A stretch of DNA of 64,000 bases from NCBI GenBank assembly GCA_964514565.1, contig CAZERA010000001.1, positions 124,001 to 188,000 on the forward strand. Direction: 5' to 3'. Positions 9,788-21,274 of the stretch are shown piece by piece; positions within the stretch are counted from its first letter, which is position 1; each line of letters opens with the position of its first letter. The notes beneath the pieces are model-generated. The model was not told the origin of the DNA. It did not search any database and saw nothing but the letters and a program-made list of their open reading frames with translations. Both the position numbers and the translations under genes were made by a program. This stretch comes from an uncultured Candidatus Peribacteria bacterium (GTDB lineage: Bacteria; Patescibacteriota; Gracilibacteria; RBG-16-42-10).

Positions 9788-11047
9788 ATGGATTCCAGAA
9801 TTAAATCTGTTGGTTCTCGAGTAGCCTCAGTTGGTCGTTCACCAAGTTTCATCGGTGGGCTTCGTAAATCTTTTGCTACCGTGCTCACTGCCGGTGCTCT
9901 TGCTGCTGCTTGCGGTATAGAGGTCAAAGATGCCGATTTCACAGCTACTCCAGTATCGTTGACACCTGCAGATGGTGGCAGTAGTGAAACAGGCGCTGAT
10001 GCTCAGAATCCTACTGATACTATTGATGCTTCAGCTCCTGATGTCGTCACCACAGATATAGTAGATGTAGTTATTGTAGATACGGGAACTGATAGTGGCA
10101 CTCCAGTAGATATGGTTGATGCAAGTATTCCTGTGGATATGCCTATTACTCCCGATGTCACACCAATTACAGATCGTGGTGTTGATGTGCCTGTAGATAT
10201 GCCACCAGCTGACGTTGGGGTGCCTTGTCGTCCAACTGGAATGCATGTAAGTGGTGACAATATTAATAACTCGTACGATACACAAAGTGCAGTGCCGGTA
10301 GTAATTGATACTACAGGTGACTGCTCTGCAACTGGTACTTCATTGGCATTCTCTATTAACTACGGTGTAGCTGGTTCAGTAATTAGACCCGTGTTAGCTA
10401 TTGATTCAACAAGAAATCAAATCAGAACAAACTTAGATCTTACTGATCCATCATTAGTAGGTTTTCCTGACAACCATAGAAATATTCGTTTAAATACAAT
10501 GGTTGCAGGCCTCCCAGTTGAAACTAGTTTCTTACGAAAAAGGTATCCAGCAACATTTCAAACAGCTGGTACTGTATTTGGGTCGTTTGTTGGGACTGTT
10601 GAATATAATGCTCGCATTCAGTTAAATGACACTAGTACTCCATCACGTCCCGATGACTTTAATAGAGATGCGTTGGTTGGTATTGATCTTACTAATGATA
10701 CTGGTTCCACACTACTTTGGCATGGAGCTCTCACGACATGTGACTTTTCTGCTACAACTAATCCTTGTATAGATGAGGTGTTGGATGGATCTGGGCGTAC
10801 TCAGAGATGTTTTATTCCTAATATGTTAACGGCTGATAGGACAAATGGCTTTTGTGATGTTTCAGAGGGAAGAGTATTTACTTATCCAGGCGGCGGAGTT
10901 AGCTATGGAATGCAAATTCGAGGCGTTGACTTTAATCGCGTTCGCACAGCAACTCCTGTTGGCGGCTATATAAGAGCAGCGGTTTACATTACTGATATTG
11001 CTCAGAATGTAACAATTGGTAATTATCGATTCCGTCGGGGAGACTAA
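9788..11047 (+). CDS. Orphan lipoprotein-like protein with Asp/Pro/Val-rich linker, lysine-poor
   Basis: 419-aa ORF with its own promoter and terminator; lipobox-like LAAAC after a long basic N-terminal extension; Cys-containing C-terminal domain. Confidence 0.75.
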   Translation: MDSRIKSVGSRVASVGRSPSFIGGLRKSFATVLTAGALAAACGIEVKDADFTATPVSLTPADGGSSETGADAQNPTDTIDASAPDVVTTDIVDVVIVDTGTDSGTPVDMVDASIPVDMPITPDVTPITDRGVDVPVDMPPADVGVPCRPTGMHVSGDNINNSYDTQSAVPVVIDTTGDCSATGTSLAFSINYGVAGSVIRPVLAIDSTRNQIRTNLDLTDPSLVGFPDNHRNIRLNTMVAGLPVETSFLRKRYPATFQTAGTVFGSFVGTVEYNARIQLNDTSTPSRPDDFNRDALVGIDLTNDTGSTLLWHGALTTCDFSATTNPCIDEVLDGSGRTQRCFIPNMLTADRTNGFCDVSEGRVFTYPGGGVSYGMQIRGVDFNRVRTATPVGGYIRAAVYITDIAQNVTIGNYRFRRGD

Positions 11048-11077
11048 TATTTCAAGTATAACGCATTGAATATCTTT

Positions 11078-11101
11078 AAGGGGTTTAGCTAGCCCCTTTT
11101 T
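11078..11101 (+). terminator. Intrinsic terminator
   Basis: AAGGGGTT-tagct-AGCCCCTT followed by a T run. Confidence 0.65.
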
Positions 11102-11146
11102 AAGTATTATGAAATTGTGCTACAATGTAAGGAAAAACAAAAACAA

Positions 11147-14100
11147 ATGAAAAAAATAGCGATTATAGTTTTTATACTGTGTTTAGTTGCTAATAATGCT
11201 ATTGATCTAGCTCAAGTAAATAATAAATCGTTAGCTTCATATAGCCAAACAATTACTGTTGATGATTCTGGTGATGCTGATAATCATTCAGGGGCAAACT
11301 GTGGTAGCCCTTGTACTTTGAGAAGCGCAATATTAGCGACTAATGCATCAACTGGGACAGTGTTAATTAGATTTAGTTCTGATTTTAGTATTGATGTTCC
11401 AACAAATCTAGATGCTCTTCAAGCATCTAATAGTTCAATTGTAATTGATGGTGAAAACCATAATATTGTTATTAATGCGACTTCAACTTCAGTAGATTAT
11501 GCATTTAGACTCGGTTCTATCATTGATTCGGGGCCAGTATTAATAAACAGTACTATTAGAAACTTAACTTTAACCAATTTCCGTAATGGGATTGTTATTT
11601 ATGGTGATAACAATACTGTTGAAAATGTTATAGTCCAAGGTCCAGAGGCATCTGGTGTATGTACTAATGAAGGTGAGCGAGGGATATTAGTACTCGGTCG
11701 TGATACTGAAGATACTATTGGTAATACCATCAGTAATAGTTATATAACTTGTTACCGTAAGGGCATCATGGCTCAATCTGTGATGGGTATTTCAATTACA
11801 GGGAACACAATTATTAGAAATACTTCGAATGCTGACCTAACTACAGTTCCTGATTTTAATGATGCTAATCCTTGTTTTACTGCTGGTATAGAAATTCAGG
11901 GCCATTATTTTTTCGGATCTGCTTCAGACCGTAAAAACAATATTACTAATAATGAGATCACTTTTAATGGTTTTGAAACTCCAATTGGTACATGTGTTAG
12001 TCAACCATTTCGTTCAGCCGGTATTATTCTTGATTTATATGGAGATACTCCTGTTGCTCATGACACGCCGGCTCATCTCAATCGGATAGCCAACAATGAA
12101 ATCACTGACAACGTCGGAGATGGTATTAGTGTATTTCAAGCTTATAAGAACGAAATCGTGAGCAATCATATTGCTCGTAATGGGTCAGTACCATCAATTC
12201 TCGATGCTACTTCTGATAAAGGAAATGGTATTTCTTTATTTTGTACTGAAGGTGGAATCTCTGGGGCAGTAACTACCGGTAATCTGATGTATCGCAATAC
12301 GATTGAGCACAATGCAGACAATGGTATTTTTGTCGGTAAGTTTTGTGAAGTGACTAGTACACCTACTTCTGATTCAAATGCATTTAATCCAATTGTCGAA
12401 AATACCATTTATGAAAATGGTCGTGTTAGTGGTACGGCTGATCCTAGCAATGATGATGGTATCGGTATTGATCTCCAAGATCAGTCAAATCTGAGCGCTT
12501 TTTCATATACTAGTGGCAATACTAATATCAATGAAAATGATACTGCTCTTACTGATGGCGGTAACCAAATGGCAGATACACCTGTGATTACTAGTGCATC
12601 TTACAATACAGGACTTTCTACTTGGACAGTAAATGGTACTCAGTTTATACCATCAAGTGGTTCAGGATCTATGGTGGAGCTCTATCAAGTAGGCTGTGCT
12701 AGCAATAATCTACCCACCAATTTAACTACTTGTGATTTAGATACATATAGTGGTGCTCCCAATGCGTATGGCTATGGCCAAGGACGTATTTTCTTGGGAC
12801 GAACATATACTACAACTGGTGAATGGGTGATTAATATTCCTCCAAGTGCTGGTTTCAGTGGAGGTTTGCTTACTGCTACCAATACTATGGTAGATGTAAA
12901 TCCTAGCTGTGCGACACCTCCTACTGTTTTGGCTGAGTTTGTCGGCGGTGGTAGCAATGCGCTTTGTTCTAGTTCAGAATTCAGTGCCAACTTTTTAGCA
13001 CAAGCGCCTACACCATTCACATATGGTGGTAATCTGACCAAACTAGTGACACCACAGAGCATCGTACAAGGTGGCACAGGTACTACTATCTTGAGCTTTA
13101 CCAATACTGGCAATGGCTCATTTGCTTCAGTGGATATTACCGACGCTCTTAGTACTCCCAGTGTGGACTATGTTGCTGGTACGTGTAGTTGGGCAATCAA
13201 TGCTATGCCAGTTACACCAGGTAACTGTGACTTTACTGCTGATACAATAAATTTGTTTGGATTTTTATCTTTGTTGCCTGGTGCGACTCTGCATGTAGTA
13301 TTTGATTTTACCGTGCCACTGTCTGCGACACCTGGGCCACATACTAATACAGCAACAGCTACAGTGACTCCTGCATTTGCTGTCGCACCTAGCTCTGCTA
13401 CATTCCAAGTGACTGCTGCTCCGGCGGCAGTTTATGCTGGAGCATTTAGTAAAATTGTCGCGCCTTCTAGTATCCCCACTAGCGGTACTGGCACTACTAT
13501 CCTGAATATGACCAATACGGGAAATGATAGTATGTCATCGGTTGTTTTTACTGATAATTTAGCTGATGCCGGTGTTGAGTATGTACCTAGTAGTTGTCAT
13601 TGGAATATCAATGACGCACCTATTGGTACCAATGAATGTCATTTTACTGGTAACGCGATCAACATGACAGCGTTCCCAGGGCTGGCTCCTAGCGAGACAG
13701 TGCAGGTGACGTTTGATTTTACTGTCCCAGCTGATGCGACACCAGGACCACACGTGAATACTGTTTATATCACTACAACGCCAGGAGGATTGCTTGGTTC
13801 TACCACTGCAGACTTTGCTGTAACAAGCACACCGCCTCCAGTTTGTACTACTACTGGTACCAATGTCGATGCGACATTTACTGCCAACGGTGTTAGCCAT
13901 GGTCCATCTATCGAGATGTATCCTAGTGCTTTAGTTTTAGAAAATAGCCATTCAACTCAAGGCGACAATCCCATTAATTTCAACTGGATTGTGGACGGTA
14001 CCTCACAAGGTACTGGCACCCAAATTACATTGAACCTACCTGCTGGTACTCATGCAGTGACCCATGTCATCAGCGATTGTGATGGATCGTATGATGTAAG

Positions 14101-16096
14101 TACTATATCAGTAACAATTAAAAACTTACCTGCTGCCCCAGTGAATAGTATGACTCTGCATAAGAGTATTTCACCAGCTACCAATCTCCATATTGGTGAT
14201 TTAGTGACTGTAGTAGTGCAAGTAGAAAATCCTCTCACCAGTACTGGCTTTACCACTATTGATCTCGCTGACGATCTCAGTGGGCTCAGTAATCTAGTGC
14301 CAGTTTGTAACTATAGTGTTGGGTCGATGCCAAGCCTCAGTTCTGATACATGTACTGTTACTACCGGCGGACAAATTTCTTTGGACTTGAGTGTTACACC
14401 ACTCACTATTGGGCAAAGTCTTTTCATTCGTTACGTCGCTGCAGTGACTGGTACACCAGCTGTTTATCATGATGCTGTTGGCTATCAGTCTTCAGTACCT
14501 ACTGTGTCTCCATCTCCAGCTGTCGCTAATGCTGACTTTACTGTCGTAGCTGCTGCTCCAGGCGGACCTGTTTGTACGACTACCAGTACGGTTGATGCTA
14601 GTTTTAGTCTCAATGGTCAGCCAACACCTTCACAGCTTATTACCGCCGATGCTGGCACTTACAATTTAGTGAATGCAAGCACAAGTGGGGATACCCCAGT
14701 GGTATCTCGCTGGTATGTGAATGGTGAATTGCAATCAGAAAATGCTGGTACTTTGACCAGAGCAATTACTGAAAGTACAACCTTTACTTTGCTCAAGGTG
14801 GATTGTGACGGTAGTGCTGCGATGGATACTCTCACTGTGTTTATTCCAGATATCAGTGTGCCTCCAACTCCAGATCCAACTGTAAGCCCAACTCCAACTG
14901 CCACACCTACTACTACACCTTCGCCAACTGGGTCTCCTACCCCCAGTGCTTCACCCACAGCTACTCCTACAGCGACACCAATACCTACAGTTGGATTTAC
15001 AGTAGATAAGGAGATCATGAATCCCGTTGCTCTCTATACTACTGATAGTCCCAATCACACCATCAAAATCAAATCGACTATTCACAATACTGGTTCGGCT
15101 ACGAGCCTCTATACCTTTACTGATCCCGTCAGCAATGTGTTCATGCCTGTAGCACTAGTCAATGATTCAGCTGGTGGTACCAATGAAAGTATTCCTGGTC
15201 AGATCAAGGTCAGTGCAATCTCAATTCCTGCCCAAAGCAGCAAAGCAATCATTTATACTTTGATGATCAAATCTGCCACTGATTTCCCACTGAGCACTTA
15301 TCATCTTGATAGCAATGCTGCTAGTGATGATAGCGATTTCTACCCAGTACGGATCAAAACAGCAAGACTAGGAGACACTAGTAATGATGATCCTGATAAT
15401 TTGCTTGATGCACCTGACGGTATCGTGGTGAATCTCGGTGACCGCGGTAGTGTAGTTGTGGATCTCGGCAAAGATAAAATTTTGGTTGATGGTGACGGAG
15501 ACGATTTAGCTATTGCTCTCACCAAAGGAAAAATTACTGTAGCCGCTTCACAAGATGGGAAGACATTTGAAAAACTCCGTGGTACCACTGCTTTTGATTT
15601 AACTGATGCTGACATGACATGGGCTCGTTACATCAAGATCACTGACAACAGTGTCGATGCTCTCAATACAGCCAATATCGATGCAGTTTGTCTGCTCAAC
15701 CTTGGTGTCGGTGTTGCTGACACCTCACAAGTTACCTTGGCCTCAGATAATCGTACCAATGCTGTGCCTGCTTATATTGATGTGACATCAGCTTTTGATG
15801 AACCACTCAGTAGTAGTGACTGTCGTAGTCCTAAAGCTGCTGTTGCTAAACAAGCTAGAACTATTGAACTAGAACCTCCTGCACCGGTGGCTCCTTATGT
15901 GCCTACACCGATTATAACACCCGCTGCACCAGTGATTCCTGAACCTATTCCAGTTGTACAGTTACCAAAAACAGGACCAGAGAATGTAGTATTTGTTCTG
16001 GGGGCAGCTTTATTGGCTGCTTGGTTGTTCCGTTCTCGTCTCATGCCCAAACGACTCAAAGTAAAAGTTACAGATGAGCAGGTAGGCCGAAAGTAA
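11147..16096 (+). CDS. Large surface protein: beta-helix, DUF11/Ig-like and PKD-like repeats, PT linker, LPXTG-type anchor
   Basis: Signal peptide, CTLRSAI (CSLREA-like) motif, N/G-rich beta-helix repeats, duplicated KxVxP..GTTIL.TNTGN modules, duplicated VCTTT..VDAxF modules, C-terminal LPKTG + TM + basic tail. Confidence 0.85.
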   Translation: MKKIAIIVFILCLVANNAIDLAQVNNKSLASYSQTITVDDSGDADNHSGANCGSPCTLRSAILATNASTGTVLIRFSSDFSIDVPTNLDALQASNSSIVIDGENHNIVINATSTSVDYAFRLGSIIDSGPVLINSTIRNLTLTNFRNGIVIYGDNNTVENVIVQGPEASGVCTNEGERGILVLGRDTEDTIGNTISNSYITCYRKGIMAQSVMGISITGNTIIRNTSNADLTTVPDFNDANPCFTAGIEIQGHYFFGSASDRKNNITNNEITFNGFETPIGTCVSQPFRSAGIILDLYGDTPVAHDTPAHLNRIANNEITDNVGDGISVFQAYKNEIVSNHIARNGSVPSILDATSDKGNGISLFCTEGGISGAVTTGNLMYRNTIEHNADNGIFVGKFCEVTSTPTSDSNAFNPIVENTIYENGRVSGTADPSNDDGIGIDLQDQSNLSAFSYTSGNTNINENDTALTDGGNQMADTPVITSASYNTGLSTWTVNGTQFIPSSGSGSMVELYQVGCASNNLPTNLTTCDLDTYSGAPNAYGYGQGRIFLGRTYTTTGEWVINIPPSAGFSGGLLTATNTMVDVNPSCATPPTVLAEFVGGGSNALCSSSEFSANFLAQAPTPFTYGGNLTKLVTPQSIVQGGTGTTILSFTNTGNGSFASVDITDALSTPSVDYVAGTCSWAINAMPVTPGNCDFTADTINLFGFLSLLPGATLHVVFDFTVPLSATPGPHTNTATATVTPAFAVAPSSATFQVTAAPAAVYAGAFSKIVAPSSIPTSGTGTTILNMTNTGNDSMSSVVFTDNLADAGVEYVPSSCHWNINDAPIGTNECHFTGNAINMTAFPGLAPSETVQVTFDFTVPADATPGPHVNTVYITTTPGGLLGSTTADFAVTSTPPPVCTTTGTNVDATFTANGVSHGPSIEMYPSALVLENSHSTQGDNPINFNWIVDGTSQGTGTQITLNLPAGTHAVTHVISDCDGSYDVSTISVTIKNLPAAPVNSMTLHKSISPATNLHIGDLVTVVVQVENPLTSTGFTTIDLADDLSGLSNLVPVCNYSVGSMPSLSSDTCTVTTGGQISLDLSVTPLTIGQSLFIRYVAAVTGTPAVYHDAVGYQSSVPTVSPSPAVANADFTVVAAAPGGPVCTTTSTVDASFSLNGQPTPSQLITADAGTYNLVNASTSGDTPVVSRWYVNGELQSENAGTLTRAITESTTFTLLKVDCDGSAAMDTLTVFIPDISVPPTPDPTVSPTPTATPTTTPSPTGSPTPSASPTATPTATPIPTVGFTVDKEIMNPVALYTTDSPNHTIKIKSTIHNTGSATSLYTFTDPVSNVFMPVALVNDSAGGTNESIPGQIKVSAISIPAQSSKAIIYTLMIKSATDFPLSTYHLDSNAASDDSDFYPVRIKTARLGDTSNDDPDNLLDAPDGIVVNLGDRGSVVVDLGKDKILVDGDGDDLAIALTKGKITVAASQDGKTFEKLRGTTAFDLTDADMTWARYIKITDNSVDALNTANIDAVCLLNLGVGVADTSQVTLASDNRTNAVPAYIDVTSAFDEPLSSSDCRSPKAAVAKQARTIELEPPAPVAPYVPTPIITPAAPVIPEPIPVVQLPKTGPENVVFVLGAALLAAWLFRSRLMPKRLKVKVTDEQVGRK

Positions 16097-17711
16097 TTGG
16101 TGCTGGCAACCTATTGTTGTCATTGTGTCTGTTCTGCCAATTGCCTAGGCTTATTGTGCCGTCGCTCATGACAGAAAAACTGAAGCGATCACCTGAATGC
16201 GTAAGGTGTCTGAGGTGACCTGCAGTTTCATGCTGCGGTCCGCGTTCGAGTTGGTGCAGTATTCGGATAGCATCACTATGTCTATGTTGGTAGCCAGCTG
16301 GTAATGCTGCGCGTGTGCCATTGTCAGTTAAAAATTCCGTCAAAGCTTGCACGAAAGTGACATGAGGAGAGTGTCCAGTGGATACTGTAATTGTTTTGCT
16401 AAATGTATTATGTGCTGCCGGAGTTTCTGCTGTCGTGACAATTGGAGTAGGAGAAATATCGCTATCTACTACTGGAGTGACAATATTTGAGACTGTTTGG
16501 ACGCTAATTGGAGCAGGCTCATTGGCCTGTGCTTGTGGTACTGGTGTGCCTTGGGAGCTGGCGATGGCATTGAGACCAGCCGCTAATAAGATTGCAGCAA
16601 AGCTTTGGCGGATGTTTCTTCTGAAAGAAAAGATACTAGCAATACTAGAACGCACAACATCACTAATTTTATTGGCTGCAGTTGTAATTGAATTTTTCAA
16701 TGAATCCAACCAATGTATTTTTTTCTGTTGTTCAATTGGTGTGTGTCGAGCGGTTGCTTCAGCTGCTTGAGCGTGAAGTTCTATGTCATCAATAACAATA
16801 GAATGTAGTTCGTCTGCTAGATATCTATTTGTCGCTTCACTACTCATTAGGCCGTGAGCTGTTCCTAAGTTTGGTCCCACGCCAGGCTCTGTATCTCGAT
16901 GAGGAATAGCTAGATTACCAGTTACACCTATGCTGGGCGGCGCTGGAGGAAGAATGGTCCTGCTATGTTCTCTGCTACTTCCAGATGAGCTTGTTCTAAG
17001 CTTTACCAAATCGAATATTGCTACCGTTTCTTGATCAGCATCATCGAGCTTTGGTCTTAAATCATCTTCCAGATCTTTTGCATCTACAAAAGCATCAGGG
17101 GTTTCAGAAAGACTAACGATTGGGGCTGTATCATCTATTAAATCTTTCCAATCTGGATCTACTGCTACATCAGCCGTAGGTCTATCAGAAGGGAGACTCT
17201 TTTTTACTAAGTCATCTGAAGGTGCCATTACCACCGTAGCTCCTCTAAGGCTTCTTCGTAGGCTAGGTGGTGTGGCCATATATAAATGGTCGGTGTGGAT
17301 ACCAAGTACTGGTGTAGCATCAGAAATAGGTAGGAGACTACCTGGAGGCGGTGGGATTATAGATTTAATTGCGCTTCTAGCGACCTGGCCAGGGGTAATT
17401 GGTGCTCGGAGTGATGGGCGTCGAGATGATGGGGACTCAATAGGTCTAATTCCTGGTTGTTTTGAATCTCTTGGTGGGGCAAAGGGAATAGTTGTCCGTA
17501 ACTGTACTGCGCTGACATCTTTATTGCCATGGCCGTAACTTGTGTGGTCATGTTCTTCTGCTAATCTGGGACCAGGTCTTACCGTTGCTACAGCCCTTAC
17601 GCCAGTAGTTACATCCTTCCTACTAGTATTAGGATGCTTTGGAGTTTCAGGGGTATTGTCAATATCCCATATTAATTCCTCATTTGTATCTGGTGCTTCT
17701 ATCCCTGCCAT
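16068..17711 (-). CDS. Orphan single-pass membrane protein with a long Pro/Ser/Thr/Asp-rich N-terminal region
   Basis: 547-aa ORF; hydrophobic segment FAAILLAAGLNAIA; His-rich C-terminal domain. Confidence 0.7.
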   Translation of the reverse strand: MAGIEAPDTNEELIWDIDNTPETPKHPNTSRKDVTTGVRAVATVRPGPRLAEEHDHTSYGHGNKDVSAVQLRTTIPFAPPRDSKQPGIRPIESPSSRRPSLRAPITPGQVARSAIKSIIPPPPGSLLPISDATPVLGIHTDHLYMATPPSLRRSLRGATVVMAPSDDLVKKSLPSDRPTADVAVDPDWKDLIDDTAPIVSLSETPDAFVDAKDLEDDLRPKLDDADQETVAIFDLVKLRTSSSGSSREHSRTILPPAPPSIGVTGNLAIPHRDTEPGVGPNLGTAHGLMSSEATNRYLADELHSIVIDDIELHAQAAEATARHTPIEQQKKIHWLDSLKNSITTAANKISDVVRSSIASIFSFRRNIRQSFAAILLAAGLNAIASSQGTPVPQAQANEPAPISVQTVSNIVTPVVDSDISPTPIVTTAETPAAHNTFSKTITVSTGHSPHVTFVQALTEFLTDNGTRAALPAGYQHRHSDAIRILHQLERGPQHETAGHLRHLTHSGDRFSFSVMSDGTISLGNWQNRHNDNNRLPAPITFGLPAHL

Positions 17712-17814
17712 AACTAGTAATGATTATACCTAGTTAAGCTATCACGACCAATTTATTTGGTCCAGCTTTACTAATGATGAAAAATATATCTTGGTTAAAC
17801 TTGACTGAGCCAAC

Positions 17815-17841
17815 CTAGCACTCTATATTTATGAGTGCTAA
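17815..17841. promoter_or_regulatory. CIRCE element (HrcA operator) upstream of groES
   Basis: CTAGCACTC-N9-GAGTGCTAA, one mismatch to the consensus. Confidence 0.93.
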
Positions 17842-17869
17842 CACGCATTTATCCTTAATTATACTCTGT

Positions 17870-18181
17870 ATGGCTCAAGCAGTTTCATCAGTACAATCAA
17901 TTAAGCCTTTGCGCGATCACATTGTAGTGCAAGCGCAACCTCAAGAAACCATGACTTTGTCAGGTATTGTGTTGCCAACTACTGGTTCTCAAGAGAAACC
18001 TCAGACCGGTACCGTAATGGCTGTAGGCCCAGGTAAAGTGGCAGATGGTAAAGTAGTACCAATGTCAGTAAGTGTAGGAGATACCGTGCTTTTTTCTAAA
18101 TATTCTCCCACTGAAGTCAAAGTAAAAGATCAAGACTATCTTATTTTGCGTGAAGAAGATGTGCTCGCTGTGCTTTCTTAA
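17870..18181 (+). CDS. groES: Co-chaperonin GroES
   Basis: IKPLRDHIVV, SGIVLP, AVGPGK, LREEDVLA. Start ATG 17870, since the upstream ATG lies inside CIRCE. Confidence 0.97.
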   Translation: MAQAVSSVQSIKPLRDHIVVQAQPQETMTLSGIVLPTTGSQEKPQTGTVMAVGPGKVADGKVVPMSVSVGDTVLFSKYSPTEVKVKDQDYLILREEDVLAVLS

Positions 18182-18193
18182 GTATTTGAATAA

Positions 18194-19876
<1,683 letters not shown>

Positions 19877-19877
19877 T

Positions 19878-20507
19878 CTAAAACGCGCCACTTTCTTGCA
19901 TAGCTTTGAGCATGCTGATGATGGCGAACAATACGGCGACAGCGCCAACAAAATACCCAGCGGCAAGAACTGCTGGGTTATTTTGGTATATACCAACCAA
20001 CAATAAGATTACAAAGATTACTTCTAATGTCATCTTCAATTTGCCATAGGCATTGGCGCCTTGAATCTTGCCTTTCCAGAGCATATAGAAGATCACATTG
20101 AGTACCACCATCATTCCTTCCAAGAAAATGATCAGATAAAGCGTCCAGTGTTTCAGAGTAGCTGCCAAAAAGAATACAATGCTGCCAATCAGAATCTTGT
20201 CCGCCAAAGGATCTAGGAGCGTGCCCATCTCAGTAATTTGTTTGCTATTACGAGCTAATGCTCCATCCCAAAGATCAGTGAGGGCAGTCACAATAAATAA
20301 AATCAAAATAGTATAGTTCCAAAAGTCAGATACCTCTTTCTCAGTAAAAAAGAGTGCCCACAAAATCGCTGTCCCAATGAATCTCGCGAGAGTTAGAATG
20401 TTTGGAGTGATGCCAAAAAACTTCCAGATATGGTCAAATGTCCTAGCCATAAAAGCATCATCGATTTTTTGGAACTTGTACACTAACTCACTTATTAAAC
20501 GTAGCAT
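19878..20507 (-). CDS. pgsA: CDP-alcohol phosphatidyltransferase (PgsA-like)
   Basis: PNILTLAR, DLWDGALAR..T..G..LDPLADK. Confidence 0.88.
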   Translation of the reverse strand: MLRLISELVYKFQKIDDAFMARTFDHIWKFFGITPNILTLARFIGTAILWALFFTEKEVSDFWNYTILILFIVTALTDLWDGALARNSKQITEMGTLLDPLADKILIGSIVFFLAATLKHWTLYLIIFLEGMMVVLNVIFYMLWKGKIQGANAYGKLKMTLEVIFVILLLVGIYQNNPAVLAAGYFVGAVAVLFAIISMLKAMQESGAF

Positions 20508-20602
20508 AGATTAAAATTGAGTTTAATTTTCATCTTTCTTTAATCTGGAAACTTTGGCTTTTTGAGCTGTCCGTACTATTTTCTGGTTACTTCACCCCAC
20601 CC

Positions 20603-21274
20603 ATGAAAATATTGCTCATTGAAGACAATAAAGAATTGGCGCAGATAGTAAAGAGGCAACTCGGGTCTTTTCAGGTCAATGTCGACAATGCTTACACCGG
20701 TGAGGAGGGGATCAGGCTAGCTCGGACAGCTTATTATGACTTGATAGTGACGGATTTATTGCTGGATATCGCTTTAAGTGGTTTAGATGTAATTCGGTTG
20801 ATTCGTAAGTTTGATCGCTATGTGCCAATTGTAGTGATCTCCGCTCTCCAAGACATTGAGACCAAGATCAGCGCCTTCGAGGCTGGTGTCGATGACTATA
20901 TTCTCAAGCCATTCCATATTGATGAAGTAGCGGTTAGACTGCGACGTCTGTATCAAAGATCAAATCGTCCTTTTGTCACCCAACTAGCCTATCGGGGACT
21001 GACATACGACGTAGATAAAAAATGTATTCAGTACAAAGAGCAAAAGATTTTTCTCAAAAATAAAGAAGCGGCTTTGTTTGAATATATGATGAATCATACT
21101 GAGCGGCCTTTATCGCGAGACGAACTGGTGACGTCAGTATGGCATCTCAACCAAGAGCCCAATAGCAATGTAGTAGATGTCGCAGTGAAAAAGTTACGCC
21201 AAAAAATAGATAAACAGCTGGGTACTAGCTATATCACTACACTCCATGGGGTAGGTTACCGTTTTGGTCTGTGA
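20603..21274 (+). CDS. OmpR-family response regulator
   Basis: MKILLIED, phosphoacceptor D in LIVTDLL, DDYILKPF, wHTH with GVGYRF. Confidence 0.93.
   Translation: MKILLIEDNKELAQIVKRQLGSFQVNVDNAYTGEEGIRLARTAYYDLIVTDLLLDIALSGLDVIRLIRKFDRYVPIVVISALQDIETKISAFEAGVDDYILKPFHIDEVAVRLRRLYQRSNRPFVTQLAYRGLTYDVDKKCIQYKEQKIFLKNKEAALFEYMMNHTERPLSRDELVTSVWHLNQEPNSNVVDVAVKKLRQKIDKQLGTSYITTLHGVGYRFGL

Noticed and set aside
14860..14990. Repetitive DNA in the large surface gene (also about 56100-56170)
   Set aside because: Explained by Pro/Thr/Ser/Ala protein linkers with varied codons.
9788..17711. Prophage, genomic island or diversity-generating retroelement
   Set aside because: No integrase, phage genes, reverse transcriptase, att repeats or TR/VR pair seen.
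17831..17869. N-terminal extension of GroES in the ORF track
   Set aside because: That ATG lies within the CIRCE operator; homology begins after ATG 17870.
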